DNA of 64,000 nucleotides from an uncultured Candidatus Saccharibacteria bacterium (GCA_964505155.1 CAZDGL010000004.1:4110-68109); one strand, 5' to 3'. Counted from the stretch's first letter, positions 27,231-37,340 are shown. The notes: generated by a model not told the origin, from the sequence alone. Translations and numbers: made by a program.

Positions 27231-27581
27231 ATGAATCCGTTTAAAATATTGAAAATTAGAAAAACCATAAAAGAAGCTAGGGAAAACCCAAGTGCTTTGG
27301 CTGGGGAGGAGATAAGAGGTGTGCTTTGGGGGCTTTTTGTTATTCCGATAATTATCGGCGCTCTGGTAGTCGTGCTGTTTTTCTTGATAGGCTATACGGA
27401 TGTGCTGGGCTTTACTTGGGGATTTTTCAAGATACTGTTTTGGATCTCTTTGTTTGTTAGTTTGGCGATATTTTCTGTAGTCAAAAAGATAATCAAAGCA
27501 GTAGGCAAAGGTGCAACCGTGGCTACTAAAAAAGTAGTGGATGTTGTGGGACAAGAAGTAAACAATGAAAAAGGAGTTTAA
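27231..27581 (+). CDS. Hypothetical 2-TM membrane protein
   Basis: Operonic ORF with two hydrophobic segments. Confidence 0.7.
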   Translation: MNPFKILKIRKTIKEARENPSALAGEEIRGVLWGLFVIPIIIGALVVVLFFLIGYTDVLGFTWGFFKILFWISLFVSLAIFSVVKKIIKAVGKGATVATKKVVDVVGQEVNNEKGV

Positions 27582-27846
27582 AATAAAGGCAAAGGTCTGG
27601 CTTTATCCTGGTCTTGGGGGTTGGCATTTTGTGACACTAGAGAAAAGTCTCTCTGAAAAAATAAAAAAAGACTTTCCCAAAGGCTTTGTAAAAATACAAG
27701 CAAAACTAGGTAAAACAATTTGGAATACTTCTTTGTTTCCACATAAACTCTCCAAAAGCTATCTTCTTTGTATAAAAAATAATGTTCGTAAAGCAGAGGC
27801 AGTTATGGAAGGAGATGATATCAGTGTTTCTATAAAGATACTTTAG
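27565..27846 (+). CDS. DUF1905 domain protein
   Basis: GGWHFVTL, WNTSLFP, YLLCIK..VRK. Confidence 0.85.
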   Translation: MKKEFKIKAKVWLYPGLGGWHFVTLEKSLSEKIKKDFPKGFVKIQAKLGKTIWNTSLFPHKLSKSYLLCIKNNVRKAEAVMEGDDISVSIKIL

Positions 27847-27862
27847 ATAGTAAAATAAAGTC

Positions 27863-28513
27863 ATGTTAAGTTTCAATAAAAAAGAAATAGCTTTGCTCAA
27901 AAAGCTAAACACCCCTCTGAAGTTGCAAGACTTTATAAATAGCATTCCTTTTAATCACGAAATAAATGGTCCGACAGCCAAAAGTCCGATACGAGTTTTG
28001 AGAGAAAATAGCGCGCATTGTTTGGAAGGAGCTATCTTGGCGGCCTATGTACTTTCTCTACACGGTTACAAACCATTTATTCTTCATCTGCAAACTACTC
28101 CAAATGACTTTGAGCATGTTATTGCTCCATTTAAAAAAGGAGAGTTTTGGGGAGCAATATCCAAGACCAACCACAGTGTTCTGAGATACAGAGATCCGGT
28201 GTATCAAAGTCTAAGAGAGCTAGTGATGTCGTATTTCCACGAATACACTACAAATGACGGACAAAAGACTTTGAGGAAGTATTCTGAGGTTTTGGACCTG
28301 AGCAAGTTTGGTCAGGGTTGGGAGCTTGAGAAGCAGGATTTGTGGGGTATCGACCAAGAGCTTGGCAAAATAAAGCACTTCGATATTGTGCCAAAAGGGG
28401 TAAGGCTTAGAAAATCTGACCAGATAGAGCGCCTGGCGGGAGAGGTTGTAGAATGGCCTATTTTAAAGGCTAAAAGTAAGACTCTTGCCAAAAAATATAA
28501 ATCTGTGGTATAA
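27863..28513 (+). CDS. Conserved hypothetical protein, transglutaminase-like Cys/His motifs
   Basis: SAHCLEGA, EHVIAPF, WGAISKTNH, LVMSYFHEY. Confidence 0.7.
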   Translation: MLSFNKKEIALLKKLNTPLKLQDFINSIPFNHEINGPTAKSPIRVLRENSAHCLEGAILAAYVLSLHGYKPFILHLQTTPNDFEHVIAPFKKGEFWGAISKTNHSVLRYRDPVYQSLRELVMSYFHEYTTNDGQKTLRKYSEVLDLSKFGQGWELEKQDLWGIDQELGKIKHFDIVPKGVRLRKSDQIERLAGEVVEWPILKAKSKTLAKKYKSVV

Positions 28514-28554
28514 TAGAGAGATACTAGTAATAATTTAAGTACTCAAACAAAAAT

Positions 28555-28740
28555 ATGCCAGAAATAAAAGCTCTATGTATGAAATGTCGCGATGCAAATA
28601 ACAAGCCAACAATGCAAGTTATGAAGGATATCGTGGTAGAAGAAAAGAACAATCGTTACTCAGCAAAAGGAAAGTGTTCTAATTGTGGAGGTAACATGTT
28701 CAAGTTCATGAACAAAGAGACTGCTGACAGTCTAAAATAA
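28555..28740 (+). CDS. Small Zn-ribbon protein (DUF5679-like)
   Basis: ALCMKCR ... KGKCSNCGGNMFK. Confidence 0.8.
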   Translation: MPEIKALCMKCRDANNKPTMQVMKDIVVEEKNNRYSAKGKCSNCGGNMFKFMNKETADSLK

Positions 28741-28799
28741 TAAGACAAGAAGGTGCTCGCTATCATGGCGGGCATTTTCTTTTGTGGTAGTATCAAGAT

Positions 28800-29369
28800 A
28801 TGGAAATAAAATCTGCTGTTTTCAAAAAAGGAAGCCCAAGTATAAGTGGGGTTTTTGACGACGGACTACCGCACGTGGCTTTTATCGGTCGCTCAAATGT
28901 TGGTAAAAGTAGTACCATAAATGCTCTAACAAAATCCAAAAACTTAGCCAAAACAAGTAGTGCTCCAGGGGCGACAAAGCATATCAACATGTTTTTGATT
29001 AACAACAAGTTTTATATTGTGGATTTGCCGGGTTATGGTTTTGTCCGAGGATCAGTAGGAAAGCGTGATACTTTGCATAGTCTTATAGAGAGCTATCTAT
29101 CTTATCCTTATGACAAAGAGCAAAAGATAGTTTTGATACTCGATGCCAAGGTAGGACCAACAAAAGATGATCTCGACATCCTATCTTCACTTGAAAGACT
29201 GGGCAAAGATATAGTCGTAGCTATTAACAAAGTAGATCGCCTCAAAAACTCTGAAATCAAATCAGTGCAACAAAAAATCCTCTCTCTAGTTGGACCACAC
29301 AAAATAGTTTTTTATTCTGCGGAAAAAGGTGAAAGCGTCAAAGAGCTTTGGTTAAAAATAAATAGTTAG
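28800..29369 (+). CDS. engB: Ribosome biogenesis GTPase YihA/YsxC
   Basis: GRSNVGKSS, DLPGYG, NKVD. Confidence 0.95.
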   Translation: MEIKSAVFKKGSPSISGVFDDGLPHVAFIGRSNVGKSSTINALTKSKNLAKTSSAPGATKHINMFLINNKFYIVDLPGYGFVRGSVGKRDTLHSLIESYLSYPYDKEQKIVLILDAKVGPTKDDLDILSSLERLGKDIVVAINKVDRLKNSEIKSVQQKILSLVGPHKIVFYSAEKGESVKELWLKINS

Positions 29370-29441
29370 TTTTGCACAGTTTTATTTTTGTAACAGGAGT
29401 ATAATATAAGAGGTCGTATTAATTTAAATAAAATATTTCAT

Positions 29442-29678
29442 ATGAAAGGTTTACACAAACTTACTTGGATCCTAGTAATCATCGGTGGACTTAACTGGCT
29501 ACTTGTTGGTCTTTTTGGTTGGGATGTTGGTGCTATCTTCGGAGGCATGTCAGCACCTATCTCAAAGATCATCTATGTACTAGTTGGTCTATCTGCTCTT
29601 GTGGAACTCTTCTCTCACAAGAAGAACTGCAAAGCTTGTTCTACTGGCTCTATGCCTAGTTCTACACCAAACATGTAA
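29442..29678 (+). CDS. DUF378 membrane protein
   Basis: LVIIGGLNWLLVG, IYVLVGLSA. Confidence 0.9.
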   Translation: MKGLHKLTWILVIIGGLNWLLVGLFGWDVGAIFGGMSAPISKIIYVLVGLSALVELFSHKKNCKACSTGSMPSSTPNM

Positions 29679-29735
29679 CTTTGACAGGGCGCATGTTTTG
29701 CAAAAAAGCCTCAGAAGTTTCTGAGGCTTTTTTGA

Positions 29736-30518
29736 TTAGTTTTTCTTTAGTATTTCTATCTCTTTAGCGCTAATCCTTTTGACAAATCCTGGTTTCATGG
29801 ATCCTATCTTTAGTTGTCCTATACGTATACGAATCAAGCTCTCGATAGTCAGGTGACAAGCATCACACATCCGACGGATTTGGTGTTTGCGTCCCTCGGT
29901 CAGCACGATAGTAAAAGAGTTTTTGGAAACTTTTTTGGTTTTGGCTGGCTTGGTCTTTATCTTGTCGAGTACTATACCTTGTTCCATTTTTTGGAGAGCG
30001 CTTGGTTCTACTTGCTCTCTAACAAAAACCAAATACTCTTTTTCGATAGTTGAATTTTCTTTGGTCAGACTTCTCGCTAGAGAACCGTCATTTGATAGGA
30101 TTATCAAACCTTCTGAATCTTTATCAAGTCTGCCGATAGGCGCTAAGTGAGATAGGGTAGGTAAGCGATCATGAATGTCTTTGTTCTCTGGGGAGGTTTT
30201 GGTAGTTTCGATACCACGAGGTTTGTACACTAGTATAGCTTCTTTGTTTACAATGTTTTTGTCAGAAAGAGTTATGACATCTTTTTGTGGATCTATACCA
30301 AAACCTGTTTCTCTGACTGTTTTGCCGTTTACTTTGACTTCACCAGAGGAGATCAGTGTCTTGGCTTCGCGACGAGAGGCAAGTCCCATATGGGCGATAG
30401 CACGCTCAAGACGCTCTAGTCCGGGAGCTAGAGTTGAGACGTCTTTGGGCTTTTGTTTGGATAGAGGTTTTGGCCCTTTTGGGGTTTTGTAAAATCTCTT
30501 TTTTGCAAATTTTGCCAT
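29736..30518 (-). CDS. rRNA pseudouridine synthase, RsuA/RluB family
   Basis: S4 domain (SRREA..GEVKVNG), GRLDKDSEGL, EGRKHQIRRM; start at ATG 30518. Confidence 0.93.
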   Translation of the reverse strand: MAKFAKKRFYKTPKGPKPLSKQKPKDVSTLAPGLERLERAIAHMGLASRREAKTLISSGEVKVNGKTVRETGFGIDPQKDVITLSDKNIVNKEAILVYKPRGIETTKTSPENKDIHDRLPTLSHLAPIGRLDKDSEGLIILSNDGSLARSLTKENSTIEKEYLVFVREQVEPSALQKMEQGIVLDKIKTKPAKTKKVSKNSFTIVLTEGRKHQIRRMCDACHLTIESLIRIRIGQLKIGSMKPGFVKRISAKEIEILKKN

Positions 30519-30599
30519 AATAAATCCACTATAACATATATCTTTAAAAAGATTTTGTTGGTACAATTGTAAGCGTAAAAGAATTAATAAAAACATTTT

Positions 30600-30665
30600 A
30601 TGGCCAAAGGAAACGAAAGTAGAAAAAAAGAAACAAAGAAACCAAAAAAGGTAAAAGTAAAATAA
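30600..30665 (+). CDS. 21-aa lysine-rich peptide MAKGNESRKKETKKPKKVKVK
   Basis: Has its own TGgTACAAT promoter and a strong terminator at 30665-30698. Confidence 0.55.
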   Translation: MAKGNESRKKETKKPKKVKVK

Positions 30666-30698
30666 ACTAAAAGCCCCTAGAGTAGGGGCTTTTAGTTG
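30665..30698 (+). terminator. Intrinsic terminator
   Basis: AACTAAAAGCCCCTA-gag-TAGGGGCTTTTAGTT. Confidence 0.85.
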
Positions 30699-30782
30699 GT
30701 ATTGCTTTTGTCAGTAAGTGTAGTATAATAGGAAGTGTATACTGTTTTATAGTAATCAGGTGTGCACACAAAGAGTACTACC

Positions 30783-31145
30783 ATGACACTATCAAATATC
30801 ATTCTTATCTTGCTTAGGTCCGAAAAAGGCAGAGTCAGTGTTACTAAACTATTTTATTTGGTTGGCAGTTATTATAAAAACTACACCAAAGAACGTTCAC
30901 CAAGTCAGCCACAGATTCTTCATGCTGTAGATTTGATGGCAGAGGATGGCTTTGTCATCAAGACAATCACTGGGAATTTGGTTGAATTTCAAATCTCAAA
31001 CAAGGGCTATGGCAAACTCCGATCTTGGTACGCTCCAAAGAAAATGCTCTCAATCATAAGTAATGACTTTGCAAAAATGCTCTCAATAGTAGCCACAGCG
31101 CTTTCTATACTCGCTACATTTCTAAGTATTAAGGCTCGTTACTAG
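30783..31145 (+). CDS. Hypothetical protein, possible winged-helix with C-terminal TM helix
   Basis: LMAEDGFVIK...FQISNKG wing-like motif; hydrophobic C-terminus. Confidence 0.55.
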   Translation: MTLSNIILILLRSEKGRVSVTKLFYLVGSYYKNYTKERSPSQPQILHAVDLMAEDGFVIKTITGNLVEFQISNKGYGKLRSWYAPKKMLSIISNDFAKMLSIVATALSILATFLSIKARY

Positions 31146-31200
31146 ATTGTTTGCTAAAGTAGGAGTACACTATAACCATAGTAGAATAAATTTATTTTTT

Positions 31201-31629
31201 ATGAATAAAACAATCACTGCTCTTTTGCGTATTTCACTTGGGTTTATCTTTCTTTGGGCTTTTGCTGACAAAACATTTGGACTTGGTTTTGCAACGACAT
31301 CAGCCAACGCTTGGATAAATGGCGGTTCGCCAACTTATGGATTTTTGACTTTTGCTACCAAGGGACCTTTTGCTGACTTCTTTAAATCTTTAGCCGGAAA
31401 TAATTTTGTCGACATTGTCTTTATGGTTGGACTTTTGTTTGTGGGACTTTCAATGCTTTTCAATAAATTTGTAAAATGGGGAAGTGCTGCTGGGTTTTTG
31501 ATGGTGGTGCTTATGTATCTAGCGGTTTTACCTCCAGAAAATAACCCTGTACTTGATGACCATATAGTTTATGCGCTTGTATTTCTAGGAATATTTAGTC
31601 TCTATAGAAGAAACAAGGAGCTGGTTTAA
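31201..31629 (+). CDS. DoxX family membrane protein
   Basis: LRISLGFIFLWAFADKTFGLG, GGSPT, NPVLDDHIVY. Confidence 0.85.
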   Translation: MNKTITALLRISLGFIFLWAFADKTFGLGFATTSANAWINGGSPTYGFLTFATKGPFADFFKSLAGNNFVDIVFMVGLLFVGLSMLFNKFVKWGSAAGFLMVVLMYLAVLPPENNPVLDDHIVYALVFLGIFSLYRRNKELV

Positions 31630-31632
31630 ATC

Positions 31633-32157
31633 ATGCAAACTATATATTTAGCCGGAGGATGCTTTTGGTGTACTGAGGCAGTTTTCAAGAGCCTTCGGGG
31701 TGTTTCGGAGGTCATACCTGGATATATCGGAGGTACTGTGGTGAACCCTAGTTATGAACAAATATGCACCGGTGAGACAGGACATGCTGAAGCTGTGAAA
31801 GTAGTTTATGACGAAAGAGTTTTGTCTTTGACAGATTTACTTGAGATATTTTTTGCGACTCACAATCCGACAACTTTAAATAGACAGGGTAACGATGTCG
31901 GGACTCAATACCGAAGTGCTATTTTCTTTACAAACAGTCAACAAGAGATTGCTTCCCACGAAGCTTTCAAAGAAGCCCAGAAAAAGTTTTCTGACAAAAT
32001 AGTTACCGAAGTTGTAAGAGCGACTGCGTTTTATCCGGCAGAAGAATATCATCGGGATTATTATTTTGCCCACTCCAATCAGCCTTATTGTATGTTAGTT
32101 ATTGATCCTAAACTTGAGAAGCTCCAAAAGGATTTTGGTGATAAACTGGTTTCATAA
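31633..32157 (+). CDS. msrA: Peptide methionine sulfoxide reductase MsrA
   Basis: AGGCFWC, GHAE, RQGNDVGTQYRS, AEEYH. Confidence 0.97.
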   Translation: MQTIYLAGGCFWCTEAVFKSLRGVSEVIPGYIGGTVVNPSYEQICTGETGHAEAVKVVYDERVLSLTDLLEIFFATHNPTTLNRQGNDVGTQYRSAIFFTNSQQEIASHEAFKEAQKKFSDKIVTEVVRATAFYPAEEYHRDYYFAHSNQPYCMLVIDPKLEKLQKDFGDKLVS

Positions 32158-32855
32158 TGACCTATAAGGATATCCAAAAAGAGCTTCGTCGTTTGGCGAG
32201 CAAAGAAAGAGCAAAAACTAATGCTTGGTTTTTTAAGACTGGTAAAGGGCAGTATGGTGAGGGGGATAAGTTCATTGGCGTCAGTAACCCGGATGCTAGA
32301 GAAGTAGCTCTTAAATACAAAGATTTGGATTTTAAAGAAGTTAAAAGTTTACTTGATTCAAAGATTCATGAAGAACGTTTTGTAGCTCTCGAAATACTGG
32401 TAGCCAAATATGAAAAAGGCGATGTTAATCAAAAGAAAAAAGTAGCAAACTTTTATCTCAAAAACAAAAAACAAATAAACAACTGGGACTTGGTCGATAC
32501 TAGCGCCTCATATATATTGGGGGATTATCTTTTTGATAAAAATAGAAGCATTCTGTATAAGCTCGTCAAAAGCAAAAGTCTTTGGGATAGGAGGATAGCA
32601 GTTATCGCTACTCACTATTTTATAAAACAAAAGGATTTCCAAGACATTTTTGTATTTGCTGAGATGTTGATAGGTGACAAAGAGGATTTGATGCACAAGG
32701 CTGTGGGTTGGATGCTTCGTGAGGTGGGTAAAAAAGATGAAAAAGCTCTGACCAAGTTTCTAGATAGATTTGCTACAAAGCTACCACGCACAACTTTGCG
32801 TTATGCCATAGAGCGACTCTCGTCTGTACAGAAACAAAACTATATGAAAAAATAA
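32157..32855 (+). CDS. DNA alkylation repair protein (AlkD-like HEAT)
   Basis: FFKTGKGQYGEGD, NNWDLVD, HKAVGWMLRE, RTTLRYAIE. Confidence 0.9.
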   Translation: MTYKDIQKELRRLASKERAKTNAWFFKTGKGQYGEGDKFIGVSNPDAREVALKYKDLDFKEVKSLLDSKIHEERFVALEILVAKYEKGDVNQKKKVANFYLKNKKQINNWDLVDTSASYILGDYLFDKNRSILYKLVKSKSLWDRRIAVIATHYFIKQKDFQDIFVFAEMLIGDKEDLMHKAVGWMLREVGKKDEKALTKFLDRFATKLPRTTLRYAIERLSSVQKQNYMKK

Positions 32856-32860
32856 GCTTT

Positions 32861-33472
32861 ATGAAACAAGACAAAGAACTCGTACTGTATCAAATATTTT
32901 TTATCTTTATTTTGCCAGTAGCGCTTTTGGTTTTTGGAATTGTGCCGGTAGCTTGGCGGATGATTGCTTTGTGTGTGTCCATGCTCTTTATGTATGGAGT
33001 TATCCAAAACGAAAAGATTTCCGACGAAACTATGGGCTTGCGCAACAACTCTTTCAAACGCTCTCTGATACCGTATCTACTCTTTACTTTGGTCGGAGCA
33101 TTTGTGTTCGTTAGACTCTCTGATGTTTTGGCGATAAATCCAAACATCGTTTGGTGGCAACATGCACACTTCTTATTTCTTTTTTTGCCAGTATCACTCC
33201 TTCAAGAGATAGCTTATCGAGGTTTTCTTTTTCCAAAGCTTCGAGAGTTGTCTCAAAAGTGGTGGGTAGTGATAGGGGCCAATGCTGTTTTGTTTACGAT
33301 ACTCCATGCTATTTATCCTATGGCACAGCTCATGCTTCCAGTGGCATTTTTCTCAGGTCTTGCTTTGGCTATCATGTATCGATACTTTCCAAACTTACTA
33401 CTTATTTCTCTCGCGCATGCAGTTTTAAACTTCATCGCAGTCTTGCACGGTTTCTTTTATTTTCACGAGTAG
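32861..33472 (+). CDS. CPBP (CAAX/Abi) intramembrane metalloprotease
   Basis: QEIAYRGFL, F.ILH, HAVLN. Confidence 0.85.
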   Translation: MKQDKELVLYQIFFIFILPVALLVFGIVPVAWRMIALCVSMLFMYGVIQNEKISDETMGLRNNSFKRSLIPYLLFTLVGAFVFVRLSDVLAINPNIVWWQHAHFLFLFLPVSLLQEIAYRGFLFPKLRELSQKWWVVIGANAVLFTILHAIYPMAQLMLPVAFFSGLALAIMYRYFPNLLLISLAHAVLNFIAVLHGFFYFHE

Positions 33473-33517
33473 TTTTTTGTTGTAGTAGCTTTGACAAATT
33501 AGGAGTATACTAAGTGT

Positions 33518-34243
33518 ATGGAACAAAAACATCATCCACTCATAATACTAGGCTTTATTTTAGGAGGTAGCTTTTTGGTAGCTTCACTCGTTGGAGCGTT
33601 TACTGTATTTCGCTTAAGGTCTTTAAATGACGTCGTCTCTGTCACCGGTTCTGCTAAGGTGGAAGTCACTGCCGATCAAGGTAAATGGGTAAGTCAGATC
33701 AGTAGGACTGTTAGACAAAACTCTCTAAAATCCGGCTATGATCAAATGTCAAAAGATTTGGTAGTCGTAAAAGATTTTTTAAAACAAAATGCAGTAGAGG
33801 AGACAAGTATAACTGTAGCGCCGGTTTTTATGATGGAGGTTTACAACCAAAACGTAGAGGCTGAAAAACAATATACCCTAACTCAAAGTATAGAGGTTCA
33901 ATCTGCTGATGTTTACAAACTACAAAGCTTATCTCAAAAAGCTGGAGAACTTATAAATAAAGGCGTTTTGTACTCTAGTACTTCTCTAGAATTTTATTAT
34001 TCAAAACTACCAGAGACTCGCATAGCGCTTCTCTCTGATGCTATTGCTGATGCAAAAGCTAGAGCTGGAGAGTTGGCAAAGAACTCTGGCAAGAAGGTGG
34101 GTTCCCTCAAATCAGCAACAAGTGGAGTAGTGCAAGTCCAGTCTCGCAACTCAACAGACGTTTCTGATTATGGTTTTTATGATACTTCTAAAATAGAAAA
34201 ACAGGTGACAGTAACAGTTAAGGCCTCATTTACTCTAAAATAA
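33518..34243 (+). CDS. SIMPL (DUF541) domain protein
   Basis: VSVTGSA, AIADAKARA, GVVQV, K.V.VTV.ASF. Confidence 0.85.
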   Translation: MEQKHHPLIILGFILGGSFLVASLVGAFTVFRLRSLNDVVSVTGSAKVEVTADQGKWVSQISRTVRQNSLKSGYDQMSKDLVVVKDFLKQNAVEETSITVAPVFMMEVYNQNVEAEKQYTLTQSIEVQSADVYKLQSLSQKAGELINKGVLYSSTSLEFYYSKLPETRIALLSDAIADAKARAGELAKNSGKKVGSLKSATSGVVQVQSRNSTDVSDYGFYDTSKIEKQVTVTVKASFTLK

Positions 34244-34247
34244 TTTT

Positions 34248-34733
34248 ATGAAAAGGTTTTTGTTTTTGATATTTATTTTAACAATCTTTGATCTTACTAA
34301 AATATCAGCACAAGAGAAGGTAGCGGTAGAGACTGAAATAGAAGTTAAACAAAATGCTTTAGATAAAGGAGAAGCCAAGCTCAAAGAAATATTTGTCCCT
34401 ATATACAAAAGCATCGAAGAGTTTCGGATAAAACAAGCTCAAATATTTGTTGCAACCAGAGATAGCTTAAAGGTAAAGCTCGGAATAGTCTTGACCCAAG
34501 AAGCAACTGACAAACTCAAAGACTTCCTCGCTCCACCTCAAGCCCCAAACCCTATACCTCAAAATGAACCTCAAGCATCGGAGGCAAAAAAGCTAGATAA
34601 TCCTGCTGATTATGCAAAGCTCATATTATTTATCGGCTTGGCAACACTTTTTTTGAGTGTTTGGATGTTTTATACAGTTTTGATTTTGCTTCTTTTGGCT
34701 ATTTTGAGGTTGATTTTTAGGTCATTTTTATAG
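34248..34733 (+). CDS. Hypothetical membrane/secreted protein
   Basis: Signal-like N-terminus and C-terminal TM. Confidence 0.7.
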   Translation: MKRFLFLIFILTIFDLTKISAQEKVAVETEIEVKQNALDKGEAKLKEIFVPIYKSIEEFRIKQAQIFVATRDSLKVKLGIVLTQEATDKLKDFLAPPQAPNPIPQNEPQASEAKKLDNPADYAKLILFIGLATLFLSVWMFYTVLILLLLAILRLIFRSFL

Positions 34734-34759
34734 GGCATTACTGTGCTAAAATACCTCTG

Positions 34760-35041
34760 ATGATCCGTAGCTTAGGCTTTGTCGCTATTATATTTGTTTC
34801 AGCACTATTTTTACCTTTTTGGGTACAAGGTATTTTGTATATTTGGGCTATTTTGACAATCCAGCACAAGCCTTTGGTTTTGTTGCCAGCTATCTTCTCT
34901 GACATTTGGTATGCTCCATCTGAAAATTTTAACTTGGGAAATCTAAAGACTACACTTTTGGTTTTGGTAGGACTCGTAGTTTATTTTCTGATTATTAAAA
35001 ATACTAGGTTGTTACAAAATAATGGTTTGGCGAAGAAATAA
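34760..35041 (+). CDS. Small membrane protein upstream of pbp2 (MreD-like position)
   Basis: Hydrophobic 93-aa ORF overlapping the pbp2 start. Confidence 0.6.
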   Translation: MIRSLGFVAIIFVSALFLPFWVQGILYIWAILTIQHKPLVLLPAIFSDIWYAPSENFNLGNLKTTLLVLVGLVVYFLIIKNTRLLQNNGLAKK

Positions 35042-36698
35042 AAAAATAAAAGTAGATGAACTCAATCCAGATGAAATAATCATGGATGTCCACAACTTGC
35101 CGTCTTTTGATCGACAACAGTTTGAAGGTCAGATAGAAAAACCAATAAGCAAAAAGGCACTGTCAGCTCTTTCTGTTACTATCTTTGTAGTAGCTATTGC
35201 TTTTGCATTTCGACTCTCTTATATACAAATTATAAAGTCTGATTTTTATACTCAAAAAAGTGAACAAAATAGTTTTGACGCTCTACCTTTGTTTGCTGAC
35301 CGAGGGGTTATCTATGATAGATATGGAACAGAGCTTGTTTGGAATCGTAGAGATGAGCAAAATCAAATAACCAGACGTTCTTATACTGATGCTCATGGTT
35401 TTGCCTCTCTTTTGGGTTATGTTTCTTATCCAGCCAAAGATGAGAAAGGTAAGTTTTGGCAAGAAAAAACTATTGGTAAAGATGGTGTAGAGAAAGAGTT
35501 TGATCTTATGCTCTCAGGGAAAAACGGTAAAAAACTTGTCGAGAGTGATGTCGCTGGCAATATTGTTTCTGAAGGAGCTGTAGAGTTTCCTGTTAGAGGA
35601 GAGAACTTATACCTCTCTATAGATAGTCGTATTCAAGAAGCTCTTTATAGCGGTATAAAGAGCTTGGCTGAGCGCTCTGGTTATGTCGGTGGTACTGGTA
35701 TCGTTATAGACATATATACTGGGGAGCTTTATGCTATGACTAGTTATCCAGAATACAACGGAGAGATTATCTCTGAAGGAGTAGATAAGGCAACTATAAA
35801 CAATTATCTGAAAAGCTCCTCAAAACCACTTCTTAATCGAGCAATAGAAGGAGTTTATACTCCTGGGTCTATCGTCAAACCATTTTTTGCTCTTGGTGCT
35901 TTGCAAGAGGAGATAATTTCCCCAAACAAAGTTATTTATACAAATGGAAAACTTGAAATCCCAAACCCTTACAACCCTAAACTAAAAACCATCTTTCGAG
36001 ACAATGCCAACCACGGAGCGGTGGATATGAGAAAGGCCTTAGCTGTTTCTTCTAACGTTTACTTTTACCAGATAGGTGGAGGTTTTGGAGATCAAAAAGG
36101 TCTCGGTATCGCCAACTTAGAAAAGTATTCCAAGATGTTTGGTTTGGGGCAAAAAACAGGTATCAATCTAAGCGGTGAGAGAGAAGGTAATATCCCAAGT
36201 ATAGAATGGAAAGCCAAAAGGTTTCCAGGGGACCCTTGGCGAGTAGGAGATACTTACAACACCTCTATCGGTCAGTATGGATTCCAAGTGACGCCTATCC
36301 AAATGGCTAGAGCGGTAGGAGCTGTCGCTTCTCGTGGACTACTCCAAACTCCAACTATTTTAAAAAGTCAGAACAAAAAAGATGAAGTCGCTCTCAGTAT
36401 CAAAGATAGCGCCTTTGATGTTGTTCATGAGGGTATGAGGCGCGCTGTTTTGGAAGGGATCGCTACTGCGCTTAAGAGTGATGTGCTACATGTAGCTGCC
36501 AAGTCCGGTACTGCGCAGATAAGGAACAATACTAGAGTCAACTCCTGGATAGAAGGATTTTTCCCTTTTGAAGAGCCTAGATTTGCTTTTGTGGTTTTGA
36601 TGGATGACGGCCCCAAGGTTTCCTCTGGAGCAGTGCATGCTTTTCGTCCGGTTATTGATTTGTTTGTAAATGATCCTAGTCTTTTGACGCAAAATTAA
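35022..36698 (+). CDS. mrdA: Class B penicillin-binding protein (PBP2/MrdA-like)
   Basis: RGVIYDR, PGSIVK, SSN, KSGTAQ. Confidence 0.85.
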   Translation: MVWRRNKKIKVDELNPDEIIMDVHNLPSFDRQQFEGQIEKPISKKALSALSVTIFVVAIAFAFRLSYIQIIKSDFYTQKSEQNSFDALPLFADRGVIYDRYGTELVWNRRDEQNQITRRSYTDAHGFASLLGYVSYPAKDEKGKFWQEKTIGKDGVEKEFDLMLSGKNGKKLVESDVAGNIVSEGAVEFPVRGENLYLSIDSRIQEALYSGIKSLAERSGYVGGTGIVIDIYTGELYAMTSYPEYNGEIISEGVDKATINNYLKSSSKPLLNRAIEGVYTPGSIVKPFFALGALQEEIISPNKVIYTNGKLEIPNPYNPKLKTIFRDNANHGAVDMRKALAVSSNVYFYQIGGGFGDQKGLGIANLEKYSKMFGLGQKTGINLSGEREGNIPSIEWKAKRFPGDPWRVGDTYNTSIGQYGFQVTPIQMARAVGAVASRGLLQTPTILKSQNKKDEVALSIKDSAFDVVHEGMRRAVLEGIATALKSDVLHVAAKSGTAQIRNNTRVNSWIEGFFPFEEPRFAFVVLMDDGPKVSSGAVHAFRPVIDLFVNDPSLLTQN

Positions 36699-36726
36699 AA
36701 AAGCGCTATAGTACAAAATCAAATAT

Positions 36727-37185
36727 ATGAAAGAACTAATCACACAAGAAAACAAAGAAGCTCTCGAAGCAGAACTCAAGGAACTCTCTGGTCCAAAGCG
36801 TCAAGAGATTATTTCGGCTGTAGAGTATGCCAAGAGTTTGGGGGATTTATCTGAAAATGCTGAGTATCATGCTGCTAGAGATGCTCAAGGAAGGCTAGAA
36901 GATAGAATCAAACAGATAGAATACGTCCTAAAGCATGCGGAGGTGGTAGAGAAACCAAGCGATGGCAGCGTAGCTGTCGGATCTACTGTCGTTATCAAAA
37001 AAGAAGGCGAAACAAATACTCGCACTTTTGTAATTGTTGGCTCAGAAGATACAGATATGCTCTCAGGTAAGATTTCTTATAAGAGTCCTATCGGACAAGC
37101 ACTCCATGGTAAAAAGAAAGGCGACAAGGTGAGTGTCTCAACTCCAAAAGGAGATATAGAGTATGAGATAGTTTCAGTTTCTTAG
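36727..37185 (+). CDS. greA: Transcription elongation factor GreA
   Basis: GDLSENAEY, ISYKSPIGQAL. Confidence 0.96.
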   Translation: MKELITQENKEALEAELKELSGPKRQEIISAVEYAKSLGDLSENAEYHAARDAQGRLEDRIKQIEYVLKHAEVVEKPSDGSVAVGSTVVIKKEGETNTRTFVIVGSEDTDMLSGKISYKSPIGQALHGKKKGDKVSVSTPKGDIEYEIVSVS

Positions 37186-37272
37186 AGTTGTAAACAAAAA
37201 ACCCTCGACAAGAGGGTTTTTTGTTTTGTTGTGTTTAAAAGTATTGTTATCCACACCCCGACGATTTGCTAA

Positions 37273-37318
37273 TAGGGAGCATAGTGGAGTAAAATGGTAT
37301 CAAGTGGTAAGAAGTGGT
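37273..37318 (+). promoter_or_regulatory. MraZ-binding direct repeats in the mraZ promoter
   Basis: Five (A/T)GTGG-like boxes at exact 10-nt spacing (37273 TAGGGA, 37283 AGTGGA, 37293 AATGGT, 37303 AGTGGT, 37313 AGTGGT), as known for MraZ autoregulation. Confidence 0.8.
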
Positions 37319-37340
37319 AAAAAGGAAAGTGAGTTAAAAA

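Noticed and set aside
31041-31087. AAAATGCTCTCAAT repeated (KMLSII / KMLSIV)
   Set aside because: Short in-frame intragenic duplication with no further structure.
37273-37318. 10-nt periodic GTGG repeats as a novel repeat or iteron
   Set aside because: They match the known MraZ operator architecture directly upstream of mraZ.
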